A DNA stretch of 64,000 nucleotides from Prorocentrum cordatum. Taxonomy: Eukaryota. The notes beneath the pieces are model-generated. The model saw only the letters and a program-made list of their open reading frames with translations, searched no databases and had not been told where the DNA came from. The position numbers were made by a program, and so were the translations under genes. The stretch's first letter is position 1; every line of letters starts with the position of its first letter. The DNA lies in the NCBI GenBank assembly GCA_963575745.1, contig CAUYUJ010000002.1, positions 1,488,001 to 1,552,000 on the forward strand, given 5' to 3'. Shown here piece after piece: positions 50,928-64,000 of the stretch.

Positions 50928-53610
50928 CGCTAACATGTAAATTATAGGTGCCTGCGGCGAGGTCCGCCCCCCTTGCCAGAGCAGTGATCTATATGGCGAC
51001 GCGTGGAGCTTTGACTGTTAAGAGGTCCTTGACATGTGACATCTCTCGTGTTTTCGGATTGCTGCGCGGCATTCTTTGGGGTCATTCGAGGCCTTTTGGG
51101 ACGACTTCGGGCCGTTGGGGGCCGCTTTGGCGCCGCGTTGCACCGCGGCCGCCCTGGGCCAGGGAAGCGTGTATTTGCGGCTCTCTCGGGGGCGCCCTGG
51201 GCCGGGGAAGTGTGTATTCGCATTCCCCCCCAGCTGGGCATGTCGACCTCGGTTCTGGGTTGGCAAAGTCGGGGCGCCCTCGAGGTGGCGAGCGTTCACC
51301 TTTTCGAAATACACAGATCAAGGTGTGATCTGTGTACACAGTTTGTGTCTTCAACTGTGTATTTTCGTGTGTGGGCCCGCTGTTTACACAGATCGTGGTG
51401 TGATCTGTGTACACAGATTTCGTTCCCATCTGTGTATTTGGAGTGTGCCCCTCGCGGGTGGTGTTGAATGGGCGGGAACTTTCGCGTTTCTCTTCCGGCT
51501 GGTCCAGGGGCGGCGTCGTGCGCGGTCGAAATACACAGTTCGTGTCTCCAACTGTGCATTTGTTGCGCGCCTCTCGCTGGAGTGGCCACTGGGCGGGAGT
51601 TTCCGCGGGTCTCCCGGCTGGTCCAGGAGGGGGCCGTGGTCTGGGTATGCAAAGGCGCGGGGGGGTGGGGATGGTGGGCTGTGGGAAGGAAGGGGTTCGA
51701 TTGGAGGGGTGGCCGAGGGGCCAATGATGAACGGGACTGGACGAGAGCGGAGGAAGAGAGCCCAGGAGGATTTGCATTATCGGCGTCAGCATCACGAGGG
51801 CGAGGGAGGTGGGGGAGGGCAGAAGTTGGGGGCATGATGTGCACTAGGGCGTAGAGGATGGGAGGAGGCCAGGCATGTGGACGATGGGGGAACGAATCCG
51901 GCGCAGGAGGACGACGAGGAACGACGTGAATTGACACATGGGGGGGCAGTGTAGATGAAGGGCATGATGAGGACCGGGGCAATCGGAGGGGCATGAGAAG
52001 GGTGGGGCCGCAGCGAAGGGATATTTGGAAAAGGCGGGGGATGGGGCATGAGTTCGAGGCGGGCGCCAGCTAACGATTAGCTGAACAGTGTTTTGCGTGT
52101 CCGCGCACCCCCAGAGCACAGTGACTGGTTGCAGAACTTCATGATCTGGGTAATCGTGCGCTTCGTGCTTCCAGGCCAAAGGCTCGAGTCCGCGACGCCC
52201 GTTGGCGTCGCGATGATGCCGCCCCGATCTGCCAGACCGCATATGCACAGATACGCAAAATATGTGTTGCAGCGTTTGTTTCATGACCCTCTCTATATGA
52301 ACAGACCCACGTTGGAACCCAAGCTGACGATGCTTCTACTATTTTGGCTTAGCGCCAGGCGCCCAGACCCACACATTTCTGGTGCAGCTGCTCGGTAGCT
52401 CCAGCGGGCCCGGGCGCGGGCGTCGCTTGTGCCGGAGGGCGCGCCGGGAACGGGCGCTCGAGCGGGCGGGAGAGAAGAGGGCGGCCGCGGAGGAGGCGGG
52501 AAGCGCCCCGCCCGCCGAGGGTCGCAGAGGGAGCGGCGTGCAGGCGGCCTCGGGCACCGAGGGCGGCGTGCAGCCCGGGCCCACACGTCCGACGAGATGT
52601 AGTTTGTTCCAGCGGCGAGGGTTCCGCGATCTCGGCCTCCCGGGACCCATCAGACATGGATCCGGGAGGAAAAGCTGCAGCCAACCCGCACAGCAAGGAT
52701 GGGTAACCCTCCCAAGGGCACCCTTGCATCTTTGCCTCCTCGATCCATCCTGGGCCAATTTCGTTGACCGCGCCACGCTCGAAAAGCTTCGAAACGGGCG
52801 TCTAAGGCCCGGGCATCCTCATCGCGCATCCTTATGATACGGGCCGACTGTATGCTTGGGGAGGCGGTGAGAGCTTCTGGGCCCGCGGATTGGGAAAGTC
52901 GTGTCGGCGGATGCCAGGGGACTCCCTCCCGTCATGACGAAGCCACGACGGCGGAGGGCTTCTGTGCCATCTTCTGCGTCGGGGGCCTTCTGCTGGCCCC
53001 CGGGGCCTCCAAAGCAGGTCTCGGGACGAGGAAAGCAGCTCCTGGGGGAGGGGGTCGAGACCTCCGCAGCTCCACGATGTGAAAACAACACGGGTGAAGA
53101 GGAGGGTGACATGGTGGGAGAGGGGTTGTTTGTCGTTTCTCGCCTTCTTTGGGCCCTAGGGTCTTGCTGGACGCAGCTCGAGAATGTGTCAGGATGTGGA
53201 CCAGGAGGGCCCCCTTCTGGTTGCTGAGAAGGGGGAAATGGTTGGGACGTGGGCGGAGGAATGCGGAAGTTCGAAGATCGCGGTGTTTGAACGCTCGTGG
53301 CATTTTCGATTGGGGGGAAGCCATGAACTCCCAAAAGCTATCCTAAACTTCCCCCCCTATCCCTTGAGCCCCCTGAAGCCTGCGAGGGGGTCCTGGAGGT
53401 CCCCTTGAGAAGGAGGCCTCCGCGGAGGTCTCTGAAGGCCCCCAGGCGCCCAACAGAGCGCACAATGACGCCCAACAACGCCCAAGGCTTCGACTCGAGA
53501 GCCTTCGAGAACCTCCCCACATATCCGACGCCGCTTCGTCTTTAGCAGCGTGGCTCCCCAGCCCCAGGGCAGGCTCCTCATCCCGCGCAGATGCTTTATT
53601 GTCCATGAGA

Positions 53611-53792
53611 CGGAGGAGGAGGAGGAGGAGGAGGGAGGAGGAGGAGGAGGAGGAGGAGGAGGAGGAGGGGGATGAGGGGGAGGAGGAAGAAGGGGAGGGG
53701 GATGAGGAGGAGGAGGAGGAGGAGGAGGGGAAGGAGGAGGAGGAGAGGGAGGGGGAGGAGGAGGAGAAGGAGGAGGAGGAGGAGGAGGAGGA
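53611..53792. repeat. (GAG)n microsatellite
   Basis: GGA/GAG tract. Confidence 0.95.
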
Positions 53793-53923
53793 CCAGCGCT
53801 CAGACTGAAGGTTGGGTTCGGCCGTCCTGGGCATCTTCCGCATCCCCTCAAGGGGGCTTTCACGGCAAGCGAAAGGGACAACTTCTGAGACAGGCAGATG
53901 GTTCGTGAAATGATCTTGAGACG

Positions 53924-55100
53924 TCACGAACCCTCACTCGGATTGCCAATGTCGAGGTCGGTGGGGGTCGTCTCAGCTAGTTCTTTGGCCAGCCGGGCCA
54001 GCGGGATCGGGGCTTTCAAAACAATGGGCGAATTCGCGGCCCCCTTGGGATGTCTACCCTCCATGGCTCTTTGCTTCTGTAACTTGCGACCATGGTTCGG
54101 GCGTCTACCAGGGTAATATTCCTGAAAACCACGCGTGCCTTCGGTGGACGTGCCACACTCCCAGCACAGGATCACACTAAGCGGAATGCTTTCGTCAGCG
54201 TACCCGAAGGAATACGGCATGTGCCCTCGAGGGTTACTCACCAAGTCACAATGGATCTGGCAAAAACCTGGGCAATCCTCTCGGGCTCGACGCTACATTG
54301 CGGCTTGGCTGCCACAGAGTTGTCAGCATGCAACGTACAGGAAACTGTTCCCCCAGGGGTGCCAATGATGCTTTCTCTCTGGTGCGAGCTCGAGGTCGGG
54401 AGGGGGCCTCACAGGAGGAGGAGGAGGATGAGGAGGAGGAGGGCCAAGGTCCCATGACGGGCCTGCGGCAGCCGCCCTTGAAGGCGGGTTCAAACAGACA
54501 AGCGGTGTCTCGAAAGCTTTGGCACCTATCCTGGGGGCAACTGTTGACCAGAGCTGTAGGACCTCTGAAACGTACCTAAGATATTTCGCTAGGAGTTGGT
54601 TCTGCGCTTCCTGCTGTTGGACTTCATTCTGACTCGGCTGGGCGGCTCTGGCAGCTACAAACTTGGCATACGTGTTAGCAGCTTCGTTGCCTTCGGCACG
54701 CCTCCACTCAACACTATATGGCTGGAGCGCAGATATGTTGACGTGCGCCTTGATCTTGTTTAAACGGGACCCAGGGGGTCGGACAAGCGCCGCCCAAGAC
54801 CTTAAAGGCCACATAACAATCGGCCCTCGAAAAACTCGTTTACTTGTGCACGTCGATGGTTCCCTGGTAGTCTACATACATATGGGCGTGTGGGTCCGTA
54901 TTGAAGTCAGCAGCAAGCACAGCACAATGCTCAGCGGCAGGGGAGGAGGAGGGACGGTGTTTGCCCACACGCTCTATCAGGTAGGCAACAACGTTTCCGT
55001 GGTCGTCCATGGCTACCACAAACCACCCAGCTACATCGTACGCTTTATGGCCCCCTGGTTTTGAACAGGAGCCGTCGGTGAAAAATGATCCCGCCAAGGC
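53924..55100 (-). pseudogene. Decayed non-LTR retrotransposon 3' part: RNase H plus Cys/His motif
   Basis: FFTDGSC..AGWFVV..AAEHCA..YVDY / KIKAH..GNEAANTYAK split over frames; downstream GH..LCWECG..GRHP. Confidence 0.8.
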
Positions 55101-55133
55101 CTTCGAAGACTGTAGGTTGGTGTCGCGGCGCCA

Positions 55134-55509
55134 AGAGGAGGAGGAGGAGGAGGAGGATGAGGAGGAGGAGGAGGAGGAGGGGAGGAGGAGGAGGAGGAGG
55201 AGGAGGAGGAGAGGGAGGAGGGAGGAGGGAGGAGGGAGGAGGGAGGAGGAGGAGGAGGAGGAGGGAGGAGGGAGGAGGGAGGAGGGAGGAGGGAGGAGGG
55301 AGGAGGAGGAGGAGGAGGGAGGAGGGAGGAGGGAGGAGAAGGAGGAGAGGAGGAGAGGAGGAGGGAGAGGGAGGAGGAAGGAGGAGGAGGAGAGGAGGAG
55401 GAGGAGAGGAGGAGGAGCGGAGACGAGGAGGAGAGTAGGAGGAGGCGGAGGAGGAGGAGGAGGAGGAGGGAGAGGGGGAGGGGAGAGGGGGAGGGTGAGG
55501 GGGAGGGGG

Positions 55510-55544
<35 letters not shown>

Positions 55545-56052
55545 GAGGAGGAGGAGAGGAGGAGGAGGAGGGAAGGAGGAGAGAGGAGGAGGAGGAGGAG
55601 GAGGAGGAGAACATAAGAAAAAAGAAGAGGAGGAGGAGGAGGAGGGAGGAGGGGAGGAGGGAGGAGGAGGAGGGGGAGGGGAGGGGGAGGGGGGAGGGGG
55701 AGGGGGAGGAGGAAGGAGGAGGAGGAGGAGGAGGAGGAGGAGGAGGAGGAGGAGGAGGAGGAGGGAGGAGCAGGAGCAGGAGCAGGAGGAGGAGGAGGAG
55801 GAGGAGGATGAGGAGGCGGAAGAGGCGGAGGAGGCGGAGGAGGCGGAGGAGGCGGAGGAGCAGGAGGAGCAGGAGGAGGAGGAGGAGGAGGAGGAGGAGG
55901 AGGAGAGGAGAAGAGGAGAAGAGGAGAAGAGGATAATATTTATAAACTATAATCATCATATTAAGAAAAAGAATAAAAAGAATAATCAGACGAAGAAGAA
56001 GAAGAGGAGGAGGAGGAGGTTGAGGAGGAGGAGGAGGAGGAGGAGGAAGAGG
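55134..56052. repeat. (GAG)n purine microsatellite
   Basis: ~0.9-kb GAG/G-rich tract. Confidence 0.95.
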
Positions 56053-57189
56053 AGCCGGGCGAGGGCCCCAGGAACCGAAAAATCTGCCAAAAGCTTCCAT
56101 CACGGATTTTTGTGCTCGCGAGCCCAGGAAATCTGATGCTCCTGCCCGAGAGCCTCCGAGACCATGGGAGGGCCTGGTCGCGGCAGAGCCCCGCTGCTCC
56201 CACGGATTTGACGCTGCCAAAAATAATCCAGACGTGATCGCTTCGTGAAAAAATCAGGACGGAAGTTTTTTCTGCCATTTTCGACGTCGGGGGGCCCTCG
56301 CCGGGCTTCGGGACCGTCAAAAAGCGACTCAGCATTGAAAACCAGTCCCGGGGAAAGGGTCGGGACTTCCAGGGACCCCGTAATTTTGTTGAAAAAATCA
56401 GAACGTCGCATTTCCGGGATTCCAACGTCGAAAAAAGCACCACCAGAGCCCCGGACCCAATTGATCTGCGTCATCTTTCGAGCTCGATCGATCTGGGAGG
56501 CTCTTGGGGCCCGAACCAGGGCGAGAACACCCGCTGTAAATTGGCAGCGCCAGGATCCTGGGGCTCTACGTCCTGGGTTGACGCATCAGGCCGTCCCGGA
56601 ACGCTCTCAGAGCGTTCCAGAACGCTGCTCTGAGAGGGCCGCGGCGCCCGAGTTATCCTCCAGAGCCGCCGGATCTCACAGATTATTTCTCGCTGCATCC
56701 TCACCCGAATTTACGGTGGAGACCCATTCCAAGAAATACCTTGCTTGCCTCCAGGGTGCCCTTCGGTTTCGATGGTTTTGCGATGGAGAGCGCGACGTTC
56801 CCACACCAAAAATCGATGGACGTCCTGGGGTCTCAGGGTTGGATTTCTTATGGAAGGTTTCTTGTGGACTGGTCTCCAGTGCATCTTGGAACATCGTGGA
56901 GTCCCTCCCCCATAGGACGCACTGTTGCAAGCAGTCGCACCAAGCAGAGGTCTGGAGCCAAACCCCCCCCTCCCCGCCTTTTCCGCCCAATGTCGAAATG
57001 CCGAATAGCCAAGAGAGCGCCAAGAACACCCGGAGAGCGCCAAGAAGCTTCCAACCGGCTCACAAGACCGTACAAAAGAGCTCCGAGGAAGCCCGAGAGG
57101 GCCCCAAATCCGTCAAATGTCTGAAGATAATATTCGTTTTGGCGTTCTCGCAGTTTCGCCTCCGATACGCTTCGGAGGCTTGCGCATGA

Positions 57190-58790
57190 TCCCCAAGGGC
57201 GCCCCAAGGTGCTCCCAAGTGGCGCCTCGAGGGCACCCAGGGGGCCTCAAGAAGCCACAAGAGACCCCCATAAAGCCTGAAGAAGCACCAGCGAGGCTTC
57301 AAAGACGCTCCCAAGAGGCTCCGAAGAGCCCTCAGGACGCGCCCAAGAGGCCCCCAAGAGGCCCGCAAAGGCCCAAGAGGCCCCCAAGAGGCCCCCAAGG
57401 GGCCCCCAAGAAGCTCCAGGAGACTCCAAGAGGCGGCCCCAAGAGGCTCCAAACAGGCGTATAAGACGCCTGAGAAACCATCCGGGAGATACCCACGAGC
57501 TATCCAAGATGGCGGCGAACTCGGAGGAGGCGGCTCCTCTCCCCTCTCCCTCGCCCGGCGTTTCTCCAGCTTCGGGCTATTTTGCAGCAGTTGCGCTTCG
57601 CCGAGTGAGTTCCGGGTTGTTGGGCGTTCCCGGGTGTCTGGATGTTGCCGAACGGCCGCGGGAAATCCAAATCATGGCCCGAAAGCCAGCGGGCAACGTC
57701 AGCAGGGGGGACAGGATAGGCTCAGGGAAGGACGCATCGACACCCAATCGCAGCCAATTGACGATGTATCGCCGATACATCGGACCCGATTGCCCACCCC
57801 CGCCAAGCACCGTGCGGATTCGCTATCGGGGGCCTATCGCCGATCTGTCGGCGATGTATCGCCGATGCCAGGCCGATGCTTCCCCGCAGGCCCCTCAAGA
57901 GAGGAATGAGGAGGGAGGGACCGATTGGAGGCCTCCAAACTAGTGTCCGACTTCGTAGGTGGGCTCATGCATCGCCGACTCCTCGGCGATGCATCGGCGA
58001 CGTCGGGATGTAGTTGATCGTGCTCCGCCTCCGACTCCACCTACTCGGACCCTATTTTGGGGGAGTCTGAGACCGAGGGGGGAGAAAAATGGCGAGGAAG
58101 AGACGGGGGATCCCTACTGTTGCTTCTTGTCCTGTATCCCTACCGCTGACCCTCACCATGCCTGGTCCCTCCTGCAGGGGCCCTTCTCGGCGACTACAAT
58201 GGGTGTGGTTACGCTGGGATGTGGTTGGCCACCAGCGCCGTTGGGGCTTAGGACGTCACTGCGTTGCGCCAAAGGTTTGATGAGCCCTCGTCGGGCCGCG
58301 GCAGAGGTCTCTGTCGAGCTCCTCGCCCGTCCCCCGGCGCGTCCCAAAGAGGATTTGCTTTGAAAATGCCGAAAACATTGATGTCCCTGAGGTTCTTGCA
58401 GGATTGATGTGTTTTTGCTTCTCCTGGCTTCGAACGCTTCAGACGGCCCACGAGGCCTCCCAGAGGCCCCCCAAGAGAGCTGCAAAATGGCCCTAGATTA
58501 CCGCGAGACGGCCCAAGAAGGCTCCAAGACGGCCCAAGAGGGCGTCGGGGAGGGTTCCAAGAGAGCGCAAGAGGCCTCAAGACGGCTCAGGAGCCCCCCG
58601 ACGGCCCAGGAAGCCGCCAAAGAGGACCCCAGATGAGCTGAAGACTTCAAAAGAGCACCAAGAGCGCTCAAGATGGCCTCGGCCTCAGCACGGCTCAAGA
58701 GGTCCCCAGGAGAGCCCCCCCCGCTAAGACAGCCCTCGAGGCCTCCCGGAGGCCCCCCAAGAGGGCGCCAAAACGGCCCCAGAGGACCGC
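57190..58790. repeat. Dispersed GGCCC(C)AAGA-rich repeats (blocks ~57190-57470 and ~58440-58790; similar at ~27330-27630 and ~28640-28940)
   Basis: Recurring ~11-bp GGCCCCAAGA(G/C) units. Confidence 0.75.
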
Positions 58791-58961
58791 GAGACAGCCA
58801 TGTTTCCTTCCCGAGGTGGGCTCAAGGCCTCTCAAGGTCTGTGTGGGTGTCTGTGAGTGAAACTTCGCCACGTGCTAGCGCACGCTCAGCACCGGTTACA
58901 TCCCGTGCTGCATCTTGCGGGGGTCTTCACCGCTGCTGCAGCCACGGCTCTGACATGCCCC

Positions 58962-61860
58962 TCAGCGTGCGCCTTCCGGCACAAGGCCCTGCCTTCCCTG
59001 CCCAGGGGCTCCACAAGGTCGTCGGGGAGAGGCTCCGCAGATTCCGAGCGTAGGTAGCATCTCAGTGCATGCGTTGGGGGGGGATCCCGAGAGATGACGG
59101 ATGCAGCGGAAGTGTTGCCGGAGGTCTTTGTGGCACAGAGGGCAAACGCCGTCCGCCGAGACGTATCTTATCGTTTCATGCCTGACACCGTGCGCGGCGC
59201 GCTTGTGCTGCACGAGCCCTAGTCAGGTTGCAAATGCCGGTGGATTGGGGCCCAGGCACATGTCGCAAGCGAAATTCAGCTGTACCCGTTCTGGCAAGGG
59301 ACAACTGTCACACCTGCTCTCTGAGAAATGAATCGCATCAACTATATCGTGCCATCGCTGGTCGTGGCTGCATTATCACGTCCAGCCATTGCCCTGCGTT
59401 TTCGCTGGGGTCTCCGAGCGGTGCACACCGGCTGCTCAGCCTTTGCACCGTGTTAAGGTCCTCGAGCACGACCCGCGTATATGGCATCGCTTTGCCACTG
59501 CGCTTCGATACAGCAGCGCCAACAGCTGCTTTCTGCCAGAGAGGAGAAGCCTCTGCGGATACCTCAGTCCAGCCTGCATAGCCAAGCAATTTATGGATGC
59601 TGCCCTCAAATATTGCCGCACTTGCAGGTCCGTGCCTGCCCTGGCCCAAACTGAACCTTGTCCACAATGCTCCGACGCACCCTCATATACACTTGGCCCA
59701 CCGTCCGCACGACATGCGCGTCGGGCGTGACAACGTGCGCATGCAACATCAGATTTGTCAAGATGCGTGCCTTCACGGCGTGCATTTTTGAAGCGACGAA
59801 TATGTTAAGAGCACCACACACACGGATCGCAAGTGGCACGTGTGATTCCATGGTTGTTGATGTTTTCGTCTCAGCATCAGGTTTAGATGTGCCCAGGATG
59901 GAGACCATTGTTCAGAGAGTGTTATATTTCGGCACAATGGACACCTTACTAACGTCGTCATGCTGCGATTTCACGCACACGCCGTCCTCGTGCATGTGCT
60001 GTTCCCAATGTACTTTGGCGTTTCTGCCCCTATACAAGAGCATGCACTCCGTCTTACCGAGAGCCCAATTCATCACCATTGCGCATAAGCGGAACAGCCG
60101 GCACAAGATTCCCAGCAACGTTTGGATAGCACGGTCGAGAAGTTGTGGGAAGCAGCGATTAGCACGATACATTCGGTCGTCCACGAACGTGGCGTCGATG
60201 CTTTCCTTCTCAGTGGCGGCGTTCTCCCCTTCGCCCTCGGCACTACACCAGAAAGCCTCCTCCCTCAACCTCACTCGTAGGGTTACGCCTTTGCGCCTCA
60301 TTTCCTCGTGGAGCATCTTGATCGGAACGGGGTATTCCGCGTTGAATACCGTAGTTCCGAAAATATTTCCTTGCCGCACTCCCTTGTGTGACCGCACAAC
60401 TGTGTCGAGTGAGCCGTACGAGAACCACAACCCCTCTTGCAACCGCGCCAACAAAAATCTTTCGAGTCCACGTTCTACTGATCAAACACGCCTCATTCGG
60501 AGCATACGTACCACTCCAGTCACTCGGCAACGTCCTGCTCAACGCCGAGGCACGCTGGATACTCGACAAGCGACTCCTGGGAAGAAACCGAGAAGCCAAA
60601 TATGAGTTCGCGGATGACTCCGCCGAAAGATTTTACCAAATCAGTCAACAACACAAATATCGACAAGCAATGTATAGCCGCTTATTCTATACCGGCGCGA
60701 ACCAAGTGCTGGGCCACATCAGTCCCACTTCTTTTCGTTGCGCCGTACTGCGACGTCGGCAGGGAAGAATTGTAGTTCGGTGCGGTGCACTCGCTTATCT
60801 GGGAACAAAACGCCTTTCCTGCATGGCCAGACAATAACACTCCTGCATACGACACCCCATCCAATCCTCAGGCTAACTTTAGCTTTCAACAAAGTGGTGC
60901 TCGACTTCGAACTACTTCACGGCGATGGCGTCTCCCCCTGCCTTCAGTTGGGCCGACACCGCGATGCGATTTTAGCTTGCGGTGTGCCCGCGGCGTCCGC
61001 TCAGGCGACAGTTTAAGACTCGTAGTGTGTACGATATCTTTAGACACAGGCGCGCGCAGCAAAGCCCTGCTCACGATCGTCCCTCTGAACACCTCTGAAA
61101 AGTGTTCTTGCCATCGTCCTTGGCACTCAGACTCGTCAGCGACCGCTTCGCCGCTCTTCTTCCGAATGGCAGAGCCCGAGGTGGCCTTCTGCGTTCCGTC
61201 CAGTTCGCCAGGCATGCGAAACATGTGCTGCGCGTAACCCGATTGCGACGCACACTGGATCTTCCAGGCGGCGTCGTGCCACCAAGCGTCACGATCTCTG
61301 TTGACAAGCGTCTTCGCGGAGGAACCCAAAGCGTCCAAGACAAAGCGAACGCCAGCCTTCAGAGTTGTCCTCGCGGTCTCGTTCGGGCCGATTGCCACCC
61401 AGCCGCGCAACGTTTGCGAGGGAGCTCGGGACAAGCACCCTCGCAAGGACGCCCAAGCGTAAAACGATCGCTCAACGAGGAAGGCATTGAAACAAGAACC
61501 GAGTTTGCATCCGCATCCGCGTGGGGGCAACATGCTTTACAATTGCCCACGTGTTTGGGGCTATCCCCGATGTTTGTGGGATGTCTCTAGGTTCACCAAA
61601 ACACTTCAAAGCAGACGCCTTCACATTGGCATTCAACCCGCGAAGGCGATCGTCGACAGTGCCTGGCTCGGGTGACAAAATCCATACGTAACGCTTGAAT
61701 CGCTCAACGGCCCATTCGTTTCTCAACTCCAACTGATCGAAGCGGATCTTCCCGGGGCCGTTGGTTCTCTCCATTGGGTTGTCATGACATCCTCAGGGAC
61801 CCCCAAATTCTGCCACGAGCAATTTGTGATCGTCTTGTCCACCAATGGTTAAGAAGAGTA
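58962..61860 (-). pseudogene. Frameshifted LINE ORF2 (end of APE endonuclease, reverse transcriptase, C-terminal Zn fingers)
   Basis: KGVRQGNIFG and DATFVDD RT motifs, NWALGKTECML; QDDHKLLVAEF APE-terminal motif at ~61810-61840; VCPLCHKDL..RHL; many frameshifts. Confidence 0.85.
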
Positions 61861-61869
61861 CGTTGTCTT

Positions 61870-63179
61870 CTACGTACGCGTGCTTAACATCGACATCAAG
61901 TTGGTTAGCGGTGCGGCCTCTGCCGAGCCTGCCCGCCGGGCTGCAAGCTGCCTGAGGCGCGCGTTCTCGGCTTCTAGAGCGGCAACCTTGGCTTGCAGCC
62001 CCCCGGCGTCAGGGGACCCCTGCATGTCGATGAGTTGGCTGCACATCTTCGCGGCGATGCGCTGAAACACCTCTTTCTTGTGCATGTTTGTTCTGAACTC
62101 GAGGCCGTTATCCTTGGAGTACTTCGCGCCAAACCCCTCTAAGTTCACCGCTACTGGCTTCCCCGGTCCCGCACTTCCCGAAGCATCCCTGCCAACAGGT
62201 AGTGCTCGCACAGTTTCCGGCTGGCATCGAACAGGACGAATTTCGCGTTAGCGATGAGCCTCATGGCGAAGTCGCCTTGGTAGATGTCATGTTTGACCTT
62301 GGCCTCTAGAGGGTCCGAGCCGTTCTCACTCGACCACTTGGTTTTCGGGGCTTTCTTCGGAAACGCCATGCCGTATTGTTCACTCGTGTCGTGCTGGGCC
62401 TCGTCTGGGTGGAAGCCGTTCTCATCAGCCTCCCACGGTTTTGTGCGGTCTCTGGGCTCCGCCTCAGGAGCGGCATCCGCCCTGTTGCTGTCCCTGCTGC
62501 GTCGGTAGCTCCAGCTCCCGCTGCGTTCACGGTACTTTTTCCCGCCGCGAGCTGAACTCGACCGATCCCTGCGCCTGCTCCTGCTGCGGCGCCGGTCTGG
62601 TTGGCGGGAGTGTTCCCCGCCCTTTCCCTCATGTTTTCTTGCCCCGCGGGGCGTCGGCGACCTATCCCGGCGCCTGCTTCGGCTCCGGCGCCGGTCGCCC
62701 TGGCGGGAACGGTCGTTGTTCTTCTTGTCTGGCCGCTCATTCCCAATCTGCGGGCGGGTTTGGCCCTCGCCTCTGTTGTCGCGGCCCCGGTCGGAACGGC
62801 CGTCCTCGCCACGGCGGTTCCTGCTGCGGCGGGCGCCGTGCCGTTTCGGGGTGGCCCCCGGTTGCTTCTCCGTCAGCGGCAAGGACATTTGGGACGGCGG
62901 CGGCGAGGGCGGCGGCGGCGCCGCGCCGCACGGTCCTGGGGGGAACATGAACTGGCCAGGCGGGGGCGGCATGCCCCATGCTGCGGCTGCTGCCATGGCC
63001 TCTGCCCATGGACTCGGCCATGCGGGGCTGTTCTCCATGTTCGGTGGGCTGTGAAAGCTGGACATGTTTGGGAATATATCCTCTTTCGCTGTTGTGCTGG
63101 TTTGAACCAACGCGGCTGCGCACCCTCTTCCCACCCCTGATATGCAAGACGAACAATGCAAGATGTAATGAGGATGCAC
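61870..63179 (-). pseudogene. ORF1-like gene of the LINE (Pro-rich, RS-rich, coiled coil), one frameshift near 62200
   Basis: ORFs 62151-63179 and 61870-62211 overlap; LQAKVAALEAENARLRQL heptads; directly upstream of the ORF2 remnant. Confidence 0.5.
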
Positions 63180-63371
63180 CGTGTCTGAAAATATGTAGCG
63201 GTATTGAGCAAAGCTTGCAGCGATTCAGAGGAGATAGGAGGAGAAGCAACAACCATGCAAGACGTTACGGCAGTACCACGCTACGAGGAAGGAGGGGGAG
63301 GAGGAAGACACTTCTCACACGGTGCTTGCACACACTGCGGTTGGGGCCCTTGCCGGGTCCGGGCGACTTGC

Positions 63372-63545
63372 GTCGCACGGGCGGCTTCTGTGGCACGGGC
63401 GGCTTCTGTCGAGCGGGCAGCTTCTGAGCTTCTGTCGAGCGGGCAGCTTCTGTCGAGCGGGCAGCTTCTGTCGAGCGGGCTGCTTCTGTCGAGCGGGCTG
63501 CTTCTGTCGTACGGGCGTTTTGTGTCGCACGGGCGGTCTCTCTCG
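63372..63545. repeat. ~20-bp tandem repeat
   Basis: (GCTTCTGTCGAGCGGGC(A/T))n. Confidence 0.9.
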
Positions 63546-64000
63546 CGCGGGCATTGGATTCGGCACGGGCTGTTTGGACGAAAGTAAGGCGCTACAACAA
63601 GCCGTTCGTATCATATCGCGCGCAGTACAAGGGGATGGGAAATTACAGAGGGAGAGAGGGAAAGAGAGAAAGAGAGAGAGAGAGAGAACAAGGAGAGCGA
63701 AAGGGGCAGGGGACGGAAGGGGGAACGGGAAGATCTGTGACCGACCCTTCTTTCCTGGCAGGGGTGCCAGGCCGAGCTTGTCTGCGTCATCACTGCAAGT
63801 GCGCATTGGACACTGCGTCCCGAAATTCGGATACGGCTTTCTGAGTCAAGGAACGCCTACCCACGTCTACCAACATCGATTCCCACTCGGCTCCTCTGGG
63901 CCAGATGGCACAATTCGCCTTGTGAGAAGAAAGCCTAGTGTGAAAACCGACGCCGATCAACCTCTGCTTTGCTTCGGCTATCAGCTGCCTGGCCCGCGCA

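Noticed and set aside
55009..56220. Glu/Arg/Pro-rich 375-391 aa ORFs
   Set aside because: Translations of the (GAG)n tract
59658..60605. 315-aa plus-strand ORF
   Set aside because: Antisense to the RT pseudogene

Overview
Eukaryotic, repeat-dominated, GC-rich DNA, most consistent with a dinoflagellate-type genome (inference from GC-AG and AG|G introns and the repeat landscape). Most ORFs in the track are artefacts of repeats. 1-21.8 kb is a mosaic of head-to-tail non-autonomous elements with asymmetric subterminal inverted repeats that carry satellite arrays, plus an RTE-LINE tail. 21.8-27.0 kb is microsatellite, including about 2.8 kb of (CTA)n. The main finding is an approximately 24-kb element (27014-50927) bounded by about 75-bp terminal inverted repeats. 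It encodes a putative 5-exon, about 1,520-aa DDE transposase (DET / TDG..CxxH / IExxH, HMG-box-like segment, C-terminal Cys/His domain) and several co-oriented intronless cargo ORFs (a 1,116-aa Zn-finger protein and a possible HU-like protein). It also has an inverted array of the 11-bp TIR motif close to its midpoint. Two transposase introns appear to be intronised Helentron-like insertions. 51-64 kb holds decayed LINE fragments (RNase H; RT with ORF1-like gene) and (GAG)n tracts. All protein assignments are by-eye motif recognition, not database searches.
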